Shown here piece by piece: positions 34,389 through 46,760 of a stretch of DNA of 64,000 nt (its first letter is position 1; every line of letters starts with the position of its first letter). Source of the DNA: Camelus dromedarius. Lineage: Eukaryota. The DNA is taken from contig NC_087443.1 in assembly GCF_036321535.1 (NCBI RefSeq), positions 68,076,001-68,140,000 on the forward strand, given 5' to 3'. Below the pieces are notes generated by a model. It was not told the origin of the DNA. It did not search any database and saw only the letters and a list, made by a program, of their open reading frames with translations. The translations under genes were made by a program, and so were the position numbers.

Positions 34389-35194
34389 TGGAAATGGTAT
34401 AACCTTACCGAATGTATGGGGACAACAGAATTTAACAAAAAGGCCAAGCTTGGCCTTGCATAGCTTCTGCTGGGACTTCATGAAGCAAGAGGCCCCCAAA
34501 GGTACTTTCAGAACATTTCTGCTGAGGAGTACAAGCTACTTTCAGAGAGAGGAAGACCTTCATCCCCTCCAGTCCAAAGCCTACCTCATCGCCTTTAGCA
34601 GGATTCAGCCCGATTGCCAGCAAACCTGACAGTGGGAACCTCCACTCCCCCTGGAGGAAACGCCTACTGCAAGCTGTCAGGTTGCCATCTGACCCACTCA
34701 CAAACATCACAGACCTTTCTGGCTTCATCAAGCCTGCTTCTTCAGCTCTTCTAGCCCTGCAGGAGCAGCTCCATAGCCTCCACCCGGTGTTGGGGGCCAG
34801 GCCTGCGTCTGCCTCCTTGTGGGGGTAGGTCTTGGCGCTGGATCACTTGTGAGCTCATTTTTGGTCAAAACAACAAACTAATCTCCCAAGAGTATACAGT
34901 GGTTTTTTTTTCAGGCATTGGACACTGAAGTTCCAAGTTTTACATGAAAGAATTTCTGATTTGAGAATTCATCTGGCGAGTCTCCAGTTGACATCTGTAA
35001 ATAGTGCGCATTAGGAGGGGAACTGGCCTTACCAGTAGGACCAAAATGACTCGGTGACGTGGCCCTTCCTTAAACAAAGGGAATGTCTGTTCCAAAGACA
35101 AATTTATTTTTTTTCCCCTCATAAACTACAGAGACCGTCTGAAATTCCCCAAATGGCCGCTTTCCAACCTCAAATATTTAAAGCCCCAGTGTCT

Positions 35195-35365
35195 TCCAGG
35201 TGCCTTGTTCTAATAAATTATTTCCTTTGATCCTCCCAACAACTTTATGAGGGAAGATATGGCCTTCTTTCTTTTACAGATGAGGAAACTGAGGCTCAGA
35301 GTGTGTGATAATTAGCCTCCAGGTAGTAAACTGCAGGGTAGGATTCAAACCCAGCTTAGACCTTT
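35195..35365 (-). mobile_element. MIRb SINE
   Basis: 'ttttacagatgaggaaactgaggctcagag...ggattcaaacccag'. Confidence 0.78.
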
Positions 35366-35504
35366 GTCCTTTGGGACCCTTGTCCCATGACCCTTTCTGG
35401 TTCTGATGGCCTGCAGTTCTGAGGTCCTTATGGTACTGGGAGGCTGTGACCCTGGCCTGTGGGAAGGCAGATGTAACTCCCAATTGTTAATACCAACAGA
35501 AGGA

Positions 35505-35700
35505 CAGCACAGGCTACCTGATTTGCAGGGCCCAGTGCAAAGCGGAAACTTAGGCCCTTATTAAAAAGTTATTAAGAATTCAGCACCATGACAGCAGAGC
35601 ATGAAACCAGGAGCAGGTCCTTGTGAGTGCTGGGCCCTGGGTGGGTGACGGGCCTGTGAGCTGGCAGCCTGCACAAGTCACCTTGCTCCTGGGAGAAGCA
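35505..35700. mobile_element. MER45A-like (hAT-Tip100)
   Basis: 'tttgcagggcccagtgcaaa', 'ttattaagaattcagcaccatgacagcagagcatgaaacc...gggccctg'. Confidence 0.7.
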
Positions 35701-35799
35701 TGGGCCGTGGGGTGACCTGGTGCTGGAGGAAACTGAGCTGTTTCCTAGCGAGCCTTGTCTACCTGCTCCCCTGGAATGCAGCATGATCATCAGAGAAAG

Positions 35800-36330
35800 C
35801 AAGAGACCGAGGGGTTGTGTGGACCAGATAATTTTTGTAGTTTAACTGCTTTTATTCCTCCTCTATTGTTGTTGTTTTGAATAATCTGTGTGGCTTTTGA
35901 AGGAATTGCTCGAACCGATTTGAGCCTTATTAAGTTGTGAAAAAATCGGAGGCAAAGGGGACCTGGTGATGAAAGAGGAGCTTTCATTTGGCGCTGCAGG
36001 CGTCGGGAGCGGAGGGGCCCAGTGCTGTGCGCGCATCAGAGGCAGGGGGGCGGTATGGGACAGAGGCCGCATGGAGGGGGGCGGCCAGAGAGCTGTGAGC
36101 GACAGTGCTGGCTCTAAACAGCAGAATGACAATTGGAAACATAAAAGCCCAGGTGGAAAGTGAGAAGGAAAGAGAGAAAAAACAAACCCCCAGCTCCACG
36201 ACAGCTGAATGAGAGGGAAGTCGAGAGAGGAAAAAGGTAATCATTTTTGCAAGTGGGCAGCAGCCTCTGCTGAAAGGTGGGGTCCCCCAGTTGTTCTCTG
36301 CAAGGACAGAGGCCGGTGGGCACTTGGCTG
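35800..36330. promoter_or_regulatory. Candidate enhancer with CpG patch
   Basis: About 13 CpGs in 35900-36110, two GGGGCGG boxes (36047, 36077), TGCGCGCA (36028), ATTGTT SOX core; no repeat recognised. Confidence 0.4.
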
Positions 36331-36399
36331 GGTCGCCACAGGAAGTGAGAGACAGTCTAATTTTGGCCAAAGCCTCCCAAATTCCTAGGTCACTGGGGA

Positions 36400-36800
36400 T
36401 CCTGTGCACAGCCTGGGGCTAGTCCTGGGGATACCATGGCTAACAGTCAGGTGTGGTCCCTGCCCTCCTAGAATTCTCAGTCTGGAGGGGGAGCCAGAAG
36501 AATGAGCAGGCAGGTGAGCAGGCAGGGGAGGTGTTGAGGGGAGCAGAGAGGAGGGGTGCCTCGCCTATAAAAGTCCTCTCCCTGAGAAAGCAATGCTCAT
36601 ACGGAAATCTGAAGGATGAATGGAATTGGTCCAAGTGTTGGGGATGCTGGAGGTAAGGAAGGGATCCAGGTGAAAGGGAGAGCATGTGCAAAGGCCAGGA
36701 AGTAAGAACGAGGATGCTGCATTTGAGGGATGGACAGTGACTGCTAGGAGAGACCATTCTATCAACAAATGTTAGTTGAGTGGCTACTGCATGCTTCTAC
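36400..36800 (-). mobile_element. L2 fragments
   Basis: 'ggtccctgccctcctagaattctcagtctgg', 'gagagcatgtgcaaaggccagga', 'caacaaatgttagttgagtggctac'. Confidence 0.65.
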
Positions 36801-36929
36801 ACTAGAACGCCATCCACGCGTGTGATCGCCCCATTCTCCATCACTTGCCTTTCCCATTCTAGGCCCTTTCCTGCTTCTCTGTTTTCCTAATTCTTTCCAT
36901 CTCATACATCGATTGGCCCTCTTCCTGGG

Positions 36930-37350
36930 ATTCAGTCCATGTATTAGCAGAATACAAATTCAGCAGCTGTTTCAATGATCAATATCACATTGGCTTAAGC
37001 AAGAAAGATGGAAGCTAATTTCACTTTCACAAGATTGCTCGAAAATAATCACTTGGTTGATGAAGTGGCTCTGCGGAGATGAGGACCCCGAACCTCAGTC
37101 TCTCATTCTTCCACCATCCCTGAGGTGTTGGCCTTGAATGCATGCTCCAGAGTGGCTCTCTACCATGTCAACTTTCCATGAGGCAAGGTAGAAAGGGACA
37201 GAGGAGCCCATTCTCTTCTTTCAAGGTCATGGCATGGAAATTGTACATGTCATTTCTGCTCACATCCCCTTGGCCGGAGCTTAGTCATGGGACCACACGT
37301 CGATGCAGGGAAGCCCAAAAAATGCAGTCTAGCGGCGGGCACCCATGCTC
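36930..37350 (-). mobile_element. Old MaLR LTR (MLT1K/L-like)
   Basis: 'cacatcccctttggcc'-like segment 'ctcacatccccttggccggagcttagtcatgggaccacac' and 'cattggcttaagcaag'. Confidence 0.6.
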
Positions 37351-38644
37351 TGGGAAATCTCAGAGGTAAATGGCTATTCAGATAGCTAGCAGTCTCCGTC
37401 CTGTGCTATTATGGCTTGTCATCTCTCTTCACAGACTAACATGGCAATAATGACGCTCCTGTTTGATTCAGCCCTGGGCTCCCCATCTCTCATGTAGATG
37501 CTAGAGAAGCAGGGAACACCAATGTTGAAAAGTTAAATATCTAATTATCATCCTGTGCTCAGCTAACACACAAGACAAGTCAAGTGGTACAACATCTATG
37601 GTCAATAAAAATTCCTCTTCTAAGGGCAGGGCAAGGGAGGTTTACTCACTTTATTTAAAAGAGCTTTGTTGGTTAGATTAAATGCTGAGTTAGTCCTCTT
37701 TTGGGCCTTAAAAGCTCTCCACTGAGAAGAGATGGTGAAGGCCATAGACTTGGCCTTTAAGTCCTTAATCAAGGCCCAGCCTGAATTCCGCAGGCTTTGT
37801 TCCTTCCAAGGGCAGGGAAAGAAAAAAGTGACAGATTGACAAGGAAAACTGGTGGGTGGTGAATGCACTCCCCCCAGAGAAGGATTTGGGAGCAAGAGAG
37901 GTGGGCCATCCCTGAGTGAATGGGTTCAGCCAGAGAGATGATCCAGATAATCCAATAAAACGCTTCTTGTTTTGGTGACTGATCCACCTGTCATACTCCA
38001 TTTCCAGGAGCTCAAACTGTCACAAGTGGTTCTGAGGCTTCATGTTCACTTTCTGGCTGGCCCAGGATTAAATTTTCATCTCAGGCCTCTCTCCAAGCCG
38101 TCTACTTATGTTTTAGGCAATAGCAGACTAAGTAAGAAGACATTACGATGGGAGCAAGACCATTCTGCACAGCTCAGGTCTCAGTGCTTGTGGTCTGGGG
38201 TTTGCCTGCTGCTTTAGATGATGCGTGTTCCTCAGGTCCTTGCCCTCCGAGGCACGCTGGATGGCGTGAAGGCCACCTGTGTATGTGTCTAGCTCTTACA
38301 GCAGCTGGAGAGGTTTTGAGGAACAAGTCTCCATCCCAGTTTGCATGGCCTTCCCGGCATCCAGGTTGGCTCCTGACACATGGTAAGTATTGAATCAGGG
38401 TTTGTTGAGTTGATGACTTCATTCAGATAACCACGGCTGTCGGTGGCCCTGTTCAGTTAACCTAGTTTGCCATTATCAGCAGCGTAAGTTATCTGAATGC
38501 CATGTTTCTTTCATAGTTGCGTGTTTTCTAGCTGTGACTCCATCTTCCCCCTGCCTCGTCTTCCCTCTAAGAGTCCTTTGCTGTCTTTAAAACAGGAAGG
38601 AGTGCCTATCAGAGGCTAGAAGAATCTATGCACCATAAAAATTA

Positions 38645-39790
38645 ATGATACGGGAAAACCATTTGGTAGTTTCTTACTATACACTAAACATACACTTTTG
38701 CCTTAAGACCCAGCCATCACACTCTTGGATATTTATCCCAGAGAAATCAAGGCTTATGTTCAGACAAAAACCTGTACGTGGTGTTCATAGCAGCTTTATT
38801 TGTAGTAGCCTAAAACTAGAAACAGTCCAGATGTCTTCCATTGGGTGGATGGTTGAACATCCTCATCTATCCACACAGTGGAATACTCTTCAGCAATAAA
38901 AAAAGAACAAACTTCTGAGTCAAGTAATGCAGTGGTTAGCTAGAGTTGCTGTAACAAAGTATCACAAAACAGAGAGGCTTAACCAACAGAAATTTATTAT
39001 TTTATGGTTCTGGAGGCTGGAAATCCAAGATCAAGGCTAGCTTTTGGCAGTTCCCTGGCTTGTGACAGTATAACTCCAATATTTACATGGTGTCTGTGTG
39101 TAAATTTCTCCCTTTTATAAGGACACCAGTCATTTTGGACTAGGCGCCCACCCTGCTCTCGTATGACCTCATCTTACCTAATTACATCTGCAGTGATCCT
39201 GTTTCCAAATAAGGTCACATTCTGAGGTGGCAGGAATTAGGACTTCAACATACGAGTTTGAGTGGGACACAATTTAACTCATAACATATAACAACAGGAA
39301 TCAAGGCATTATGCTCAGTGAAAAGAGCCGATATCAAAAGATTTCATCCCTTTATGTAACATACACAAAATGACAAAACAGTAGAAACAGAGTGCAGAGT
39401 GGTGGTTGCCAGGAGACAGGGACGGGGTGGCGGGGTGAGTCTATAAAGGGCAGCACAGCACAAGGGAGTTTCTTTGTGGTGATGAAATAGTCTGGATCCT
39501 ATTTGGCGGCAGTTACACGAATCTATGTGAGGGATCAAATTGCATTGAACCACACCCCCTGCCCCCAAAGCACAGGAGTGTGTATAAACTGGTAAAAACT
39601 GAACAAGGTCTGTAGTTTAGTTAGCAGTATTATGTCAATGTCAATTTTCTGGTTTCAATATTGTGCTAGTCACATAAGATACAACCATTGGGGGAAGCTG
39701 GGTGAAGGGTTCACGGGACCATTCTATATACTATTCTTACAACTTCCTATGAGTCTGTAACCATTTCAAAACAAAAAGTTACAAAAATTG
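38645..39790 (+). mobile_element. L1MC-like 3' fragment interrupted by an MLT1 LTR
   Basis: 'atttatcccagagaaatcaaggcttatgttc' before the LTR; 'ccattgggggaagctgggtgaaggg...ttcaaaacaaaaagtt' after it. Confidence 0.85.
38928..39286 (-). mobile_element. MaLR solo LTR (MLT1A/B-like) nested in L1MC
   Basis: 'gttgctgtaacaaagtatcac', 'gttctggaggctggaaatccaagatcaagg', 'ttccaaataaggtcacattctgagg'; ends 'ctcataaca'. Confidence 0.85.
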
Positions 39791-40319
39791 AACAATATTG
39801 CTATATTGGTGGATGAGGGGAGGAAATGAGACACTGGTGACATAGATTAGGTTAAAAAGTTTCTCCTGATAGGGTCATAATCCTAAAAAAGCTCCTCATC
39901 TCCTAAATTCCATGACATTTGCAGTGATACCAGCTTCCTTCTCTACAGCAAAATGAGGAGCTATGTTTAGGTTAGATGGGCAGCAGAACGCAGAGGCCAG
40001 AGCACAAATATTTATTCATTTCCATCCAGACTTCTACCCAGGACTTGATTTTCCAGATTTTCAGAAAGATCCTCTGTCTAGACCCCAGCTTCTCAGATCA
40101 GCAATTACCCAGTGCTTTCATCCACCCCTTTCCTTAAAGTCTTGGTGCCTGGGGAGCACCACACCTACCCTGCAGGCTTGGGGACCTGGCTCTATCTGAG
40201 GCTGGGGGAGTCTTGTCCAGCCCATACCCTGCCCACCTCCAGCTTTACCTGTGCACAGAACAAGGCTACACTCCCAAGCCAGACTTACTGCATGTTCTCA
40301 TCTGGATCAAACCACTGGC

Positions 40320-40445
40320 AGAAAAGTTGGCTTTGCAGTTTCCAAGCCTCAGTTCAGATGACCCGGGTTCCAGGCTGGCTCTGCTGCATGTACTTAGGCA
40401 AGTTGCTACTCTTCTTTACCTCAGTTTCCTCAACTGTCCAGGGAG
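40320..40445 (+). mobile_element. MIR fragment
   Basis: 'cttaggcaagttgctactcttctttacctcagtttcctcaactgt'. Confidence 0.6.
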
Positions 40446-40804
40446 GATAAATCCTTTGTATCTAATCCTGAAGCCAGGAATATCCTAAAGCTTAAACATT
40501 ACAAACGATGGGAAGGTTTCATGCAAATGCAAGGTTCTGCTATAAAGACCTCATAATAATAATCTAATAGTGGTTAATTATTATGCATCTTCCACAGACT
40601 AAGTACAAATATTGCCTCTTAATTCTTGTGTCATGGACCTCCTGGGGTTATACCAAGTTCATTCCATGCCCACCTAGGAAATTTCCCCCCGACCCTGTTC
40701 ACCGTGACTGTATCTCTAAAAGCTACAGAAATTTTTGTCTCTGAGTCTTGACCGAGAAGACCTGGGGCTCTGTTTGCTTTCAAGGGTCTTTTCCCGAAGA
40801 TTCC

Positions 40805-41045
40805 TGGGGCAGTGGCATGAATGAGCCAGCGTGACAGGCTCTCGAGAGCTGAATGTGCCAAACCTCTTCCCAGGCCTGGGTCAGGGACACCACGGTGGGG
40901 CTTGAAATAGGCCGTGGTGAGAATATTTACACTGTGGAAATCAGCAAACACTACAAATCAGGGCTTTATGTTTGTTGCCCCAGGAAGTCAGTCTTCCAGT
41001 CTAGGCAGATCCATTGCAAATGGGTATATTCAAATATCTACCAAT
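40805..41045. mobile_element. MER63-like (hAT-Blackjack)
   Basis: 'gcttgaaataggccgtggtgagaatatttacactgtggaaatcagcaaacactacaaatcagggc' matches the recalled MER63 consensus. Confidence 0.72.
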
Positions 41046-41329
41046 TCCTAAGGTGGATGGGAGGATTTGGCCACCAACATAAAATAGTAATTATGAACGT
41101 ACTTGAGATAACTGTTCTTACTAGCTGTGTTCCCAGCTATGTTCTAAGTCTATGTTCCTTCTCTGTAAAAAGAGGATATTGACAGTCTACCCCCCACCCT
41201 TAAAGCACTTCTCATTTTAGCTTTTCTTATTGTACTTCTGGTTGCTACTGTTTTTATTATGAGCTCCCTGGTCTCTGTAAGAAGGTAGTTTTTAAATAGT
41301 TGACCATCCCAGTCTTCTGAGAGATGTAT

Positions 41330-41585
41330 AATGTAATATTGTGAGAACAGATTCTGGGAGCTTCCACCTGTGTTCAGATCCTCTGTCTACTACTTGTTAG
41401 CTGTATAACCTTGGGCAAGTGTCTTAACCTCTCAGTGGCCCGATTTCCTCATCTGCAGGGTGGAGATTGTAATAATATCTACCTCTTAGCATCATCCTGA
41501 GGATTAAATGAGTCAGTGTGTGTGGAGCACATCAGCAGCGCCTGAGTCATACATAGTAAGTACTATTGGGAGTTTGCTATAATTA
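41330..41585 (+). mobile_element. Near full-length MIRb
   Basis: 'tagctgtataaccttgggcaagtgtcttaacctctc...tttcctcatctg...gaggattaaatgag...catagtaagtac'. Confidence 0.82.
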
Positions 41586-41598
41586 CGCTGAAAGGGAT

Positions 41599-42061
41599 TG
41601 TACTGGGTTAATTAGCATCCCCCAAGAATTCATAATCTTCCCAGAACCTCAGGATGTCATCTTATTTGGGAATAAGATTGCTGTAGGTGTAATTAGGTAA
41701 GATGACACCCGGGAATAGGGTGAGTCCCTCATCTACTCTGAGTGGAAAGAAGAGGCAAGGCACAGAGCTAGACACACACAGAGGGAAAAGATGTGAAGAT
41801 ACATGGGGAGAATGCCGTGTGATGACAGAGGCAGAGATCGGACTGATGCATTGGAAGCCAAGGAATGCCTGCATTGTTGGCAATGATCAGAAGCTAGGAG
41901 GAGGCAAGGAAGGATTGTCTCCGAGAGACTTAAGAAGCAAGTGACCTTGTCAACATTGTGATTTTGGACTTCTAGCCTTTAGAACTAAGATCATAAATTT
42001 TGTTGTTTTAAGACAACCAGTTTGGGATAATTTGTTACAGCAGCCACAGGAAACTAATACA
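41599..42061 (+). mobile_element. Full-length MaLR solo LTR (MLT1C-like)
   Basis: TG...CA ends ('tgtactgggttaat' ... 'gcagccacaggaaactaataca') with a near-matching 5-bp TSD gggat/gtgat. Confidence 0.9.
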
Positions 42062-42098
42062 GTGATCCTGTTGGAGCGATTTGGATAAGGTTGAAATA

Positions 42099-42280
42099 CA
42101 GATTTCCCCCACTATCCAAAAGCAGAGTGTTCCTATGAAACTATTCATAAGCCAAAATGGCATAAAGCAAAGAAGAAATTGTTCTTTTTTTTTTTTTGAT
42201 AAAAGTGAAAACAGATACAAAGCAGGTCTTCCATAAAAACAAAGCAGTGTAAATTGAGCTTTCAGAGAGTGAAGATACCT
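42099..42280. mobile_element. ~180-bp TcMar-Tigger-type MITE
   Basis: TA on both sides; degenerate TIRs 'cagatttcccccactatccaaaagc' and 'gctttcagagagtgaagatacct'. Confidence 0.6.
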
Positions 42281-42879
42281 TATCCACTGCCTTGCTTTCA
42301 AACCCCACTACTTGTGTGCTTTTTGCTATCCTCTCTGCTTTTGCTCTGTTGGCTCTCTCCCCTGGGTCCAGGCTCCAATAGCAGCTGACCTCTTAGCAGC
42401 TGCATAGTGGAGCTTGGGGGCAACTTGGCTGGGAAACGTGTGAGGCCTGCAGGTGGCTGACCCAGGTTTCACAACGCCCCTTCGTGAGGTCTGTGGGCTC
42501 ACCCCCAGAGTCCCCCACGATCGACCTCCAAATATCTGCCCTGGAAAGATGACAAACAAATACATCAATTTGAGAGACGAATTCGAGTTTGTGATTAGCC
42601 TTAAAAGGGTTCACACATCTTATCTTCTGAGATGCCACCCACCTCTCTTTGCCAAAAATTATATTTTGCTGACTCTCTTATTTTTAATGGTTGAAGGGAA
42701 AGATTTTCTAAGTTCTGTTGGTATATTACTGGCTGTTCAGTACCTGCCACACACTGATGTCACACTTCACAGCGTAGTGACATTGGTGTTCCTGACACTT
42801 AATGGAAAGAATTGCCAGCCTATCATATTCTGGGCACTGGTCTGAACTGTTATTTACAAGACATAATTTTAACTTCCCT

Positions 42880-43050
42880 GTGACCCTGAGAGCTTGTCAT
42901 CTTGATCCCTGCTTTGCACAGTAGGAAACTGGGGCCTACCCAGAAGGTGTATGTGACTTACCCACGATCACAGAGCCAGAGTCAGGGTTGGGATTTATTT
43001 GAGCCCCTGAGGTCTGACTCAAGGCCCAGCCCTTTGCCACTGTACCGGTG
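42880..43050 (-). mobile_element. MIR SINE
   Basis: 'cacagtaggaaactggggcc...gtgacttacccacgatcacagagccag'. Confidence 0.65.
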
Positions 43051-44084
43051 TTGACAGAAGTGTGGCCCATGGGACGTGGGTCCTGCAGGTGCCCATGAAA
43101 AGAGGCCCCATGGTAAAATACGTTTGAGAAAGAGTGGCTGCAAATGACAGCTCCCTCCTTAGAGTTGCCAAAAAACCCCACAAACACCCTGGTAAGTCTG
43201 ATGAATACTTTTTTGGTGTAAGTATACACCATGCTATTCAAACCAAAAGAGCCTTTTTTTCACCCTCTCAGTGTGGCGACTCTGTTCCTGGACACTCACT
43301 AACGTACACTTGTAGATTACCATCTCCAAGAGATCCTGTTTGATTTTTCTTAACGCAGACGTTTTCAAACTATTTGGAAAATCCTTTTGGGGACACATTT
43401 TGGGAACACATGTTACACCATAAACATGGTGCCTCTCCATCAGCCTATCCATTTGGCTTTTAAACTGGAATAAATCCACGAAGGGCAAATTTGTTTTCAC
43501 ACCCGAGTGATTCCCACTGCCACCTTCACTGCCATTTCATCAACGTAGGACAGCTACCTAATTGTTTCCTATCCCGTCCCCCCTAGTTTGTCACATGCTG
43601 CTGAAGAAATCTCCATAAAGCACCCCTTGGGTCACGCCAGCTTTCTGACCTAGTAAGATCTCCCATTCCCACATAGGATAGAGTTTGGATCACTTCGCCT
43701 GCTCTTTGAGAATCTAGATAAACTCACTCTGGCCAATTTTTCCCATCCCACCATCCATCCTGACCTCCCCTCCACTCCTGCCAGGCTGCTCACCCCCATT
43801 CCCAATTCTTTGACACTTCTACCTTCAAAATTTTACTTATGGCATCCCTTGGCCTGGGAAGCCCTGACCTTCATTCTCCATATGCCAGACAAAGGCCTGG
43901 CTCCCGCCTGTCCCTGCCACCAAATGAAATCAGCTAATTGTCTGACTCATGCATTTTGCTCTCATATTAATTATGTTAAAGCCTTGTCTTGCTATGTGTG
44001 TGTTGTATTGGCTGCATATATTTTGTATTATGATTAGAAGAATTCTGGTATCTATTTAACTTTTTATGGAGTTTCTTGTAGGCT

Positions 44085-44545
44085 TTCTTTTTTAAAAATA
44101 ATTTATTCAGGTGAAATTCATATAACATATCATTAACCATTTTAAAGTCAATGATTCCATGGTATTTAGTACATTCACAACGTTGTGCAACCACTACTTC
44201 TGTCAAGTTCCAAAACGTCTTCATCACGCCAAAGTGAAATCCCCTACCCATTAAGCAGTTTCTCCATACCCCTCCCTCCCCCAGCCCCTGGCAACTATCA
44301 GTTAGCTTTCTGTGGCTCTGGATTTATCTAGTTTGAATATTTCATATAAACGGAATTATACAACAGGTGTACTTACTGGTTTCCTTCATTTAGCATAATG
44401 TTTTCAAGGTTTAACCCCCATTGTAGCATGGATCCTTTTCATGGTTGAATAATATTCCTTTGGGTGTATATACTACAATTTGTTTGTCTGTTCACCTGTT
44501 GATGGACATTTGGACTTTTCTGCCTTTTGGATATTGTGAATGGCT
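44085..44545 (-). mobile_element. L1MB-like 3' fragment
   Basis: 'gtatttagtacattcacaacgttgtgcaaccactac', 'ccagcccctggcaactatc', 'gttgatggacatttgg'. Confidence 0.9.
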
Positions 44546-45629
44546 GGTGGTCTTTCTTGTATAGCGCTTTGCTTGATTTATTTTCTGTAAGAATTTCTCA
44601 GTAGGGATGTTGCCAATGGGAAAAACTGAGTCTCTGAGGAGGAACTGCCCTTTGGATCAGTCAGGGAGCAGGGAGGAACTAGATGGTCCTTTCAAAGTGG
44701 AGAATGAGTCAAGGTTAATGAAGGTGCTACTGATGGAAGTTGCCAGCAGGTGCAAGAAAACCAGTAGGGGTGGGGAAGTGCCCTGAGCTGGAAACAGCAG
44801 GAAGCCGTGTGTGCCCCTTGGCCTGCAGGGGTAAGGAGAGAGGCTGTTGTAGGATCCAGAGAGGGTTCTAGGCCAGGGCTGCCTGGCAGGGACCAAGGCC
44901 TACAGAAAAGAAACCCATCAGCCAACAATCCACAGCCTGGGGGTGAGACAGCTGGGGGCATAAATACCAGGATGTCCCTCCTCACACCCTCCAGACTCCT
45001 ACCTCCATTGGCCAAACCCAAGTGGAAGCCAAGGGCAGGGAAGCCAGCCCTCCAGACGTAGAACAGGGAAAGGATGGAGGGTGTGTCTGGGGGGTTGTGG
45101 CAAACAACCTATAAAGTATAGCTTTTGTCCCATGGCCTGAGTCGGGACTTGAACCAGGGTCTCCTGATCCCAGATTCCACACTCTTTCCAGCTCCAGAGG
45201 CAAGTGCCAACTGGCCCATCTCAGATGCATTACTGATGTCCCTGCGTTTCCCTTCCGCTGCCACTCACTTTCCGCATCCCTCTAGGGGTTCCCAGGAGTC
45301 AGGGGTCTGCAGAGGTGCCTGGTCCTGTCTCTGGTTCCCTCTTCTCATCCTCCCTCTGCCGCCGTGTCCAATCTCCGGCTGTGCTCCCTGGCTCAGCACA
45401 CCAAGTGAGGCAGGCCAGGGGGCCCCTGGGGCTGCAGGCTTTTCTTCTTTCTCCCTTGTTCATGTTCATTCCGAAGCCATAAGAGAGCTCTGGAGAGAAA
45501 GAGCTGAGAAAATCAGGGGCGGAGAGTCTGTTGTGAAAGGAGTCCTTGGAGACAATGCAGTGAGTGCTTAGCGAGGCCTGAATGCGGGGCTTACAGCGGC
45601 ACTGAGCCCTCCCAGAGGCCTTTGTATGG

Positions 45630-46090
45630 CTCTCTATTGAACGTTACTAAGCCCTCAATGGGCCCCCATTGTGCTCAGAAGAAACCCAAACCCCCCACCC
45701 AGACCCACAGGGCTCTGGCCGCATCTTGTACCACTTGCCTTCCTCTCCTCCCCACGCCCCTTCCTGCAGCCCCGGGCACACCAAGCCCATCCCACATCCT
45801 GACCTTTCCACCTGCTGGACCTGCTCCGGGGCTGCCCCTTCCTCTCCCTGGGAATGGCTTCTGCTCCTGCTTCTGGTCCCCGACAAAAGTCACCTCCTTA
45901 GAAAGGCCTTTCTTGGCCTAAACCAGATCCCCCTTTCCCTGATCACCCGTTTTCTGTCTCAGCACGTCTGCACTGATCTGTCTGTTTCTCCCAAGGGCCT
46001 GGAAGTGGAGCTGGCCGGCCTTGTTCTCCGCTCCACCCGCAGTGCCCACCAGAACCCAGCGCAGAGCAGGCCCTGGAGATGTGCTCATGG
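45630..46090 (+). mobile_element. L2b/c 3' fragment
   Basis: 'cccattgtgctcagaagaaacccaaa', 'aaagtcacctccttagaaaggcctttc'. Confidence 0.6.
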
Positions 46091-46268
46091 ATCACAAAGG
46101 GGGTGACATTTTTTAACACTTCCACCATTTAGATTTGACCTCTATTTGGATTTCTGCTCTTACACACAAACAACATACAAAAACATCTCTAAGCATTGGA
46201 CTTGGGGGCCGCACACTGAGTCTTTTGTCAGCAGAGGTTCTGGCTTTTCCTCTGTGGTTTCCTCTGTG

Positions 46269-46760
46269 CAGATCCTCCTCAACTTACATCCTAATAAACC
46301 CATCATAAGCTAAAAATATTAAGTTGTAAATGCATTTAATACAGTACACCGAACCTACCGAACACCAGAGCTAAGCCTCTCCTGACTTAAACGGTCTCAG
46401 AACACTTACATTAGCCTCCAGTTGGGCAAAACCATCTAACACAGAGCCTGCCTTATAATAACGTGTTGACTGTCTCATGTAACATACTGAATACCATACT
46501 GAAAGTGAAGCCCAGAATGGTTGTCTGGGTACAGCCTGGTTCTAGGTGTATCGGTTGTTCACCCTCGTGATTCCATGGCTGCCTGGGAGCTGAGGCTTCT
46601 GCCCAGCATCACAAGAGAGAATCAGACCACGTCTCGCTAGCCCAGGGAAAGGTCCACATTCAAAGCCTGAAGTACGATTTCTGCTGGATGTATGTTACTT
46701 TCACGCCATCGTAAAGTCGCAGAACTGTAAGTCGAACCATTACGAGTCGGGAATCCTCTG
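46269..46760 (+). mobile_element. Tigger3 (Golem/MER7-type) non-autonomous DNA transposon
   Basis: Left TIR 'cagatcctcctcaacttac', internal 'gaacacttacattagcctccagttgggcaaaacc', right TIR 'gtaagtcgaaccattacgagtcgggaatcctctg' followed by TA. Confidence 0.85.

Noticed and set aside
34440-34457. 18-bp perfect palindrome aaggccaagcttggcctt
   Set aside because: About 0.25 such palindromes are expected per 64 kb by chance (64000/4^9), and there is no supporting context.
38375-38395. Strong splice donor-like 'catg|gtaagt'
   Set aside because: It is part of the L2/MIR 3' terminal sequence (cacatagtaag...), with no upstream acceptor or exon evidence.
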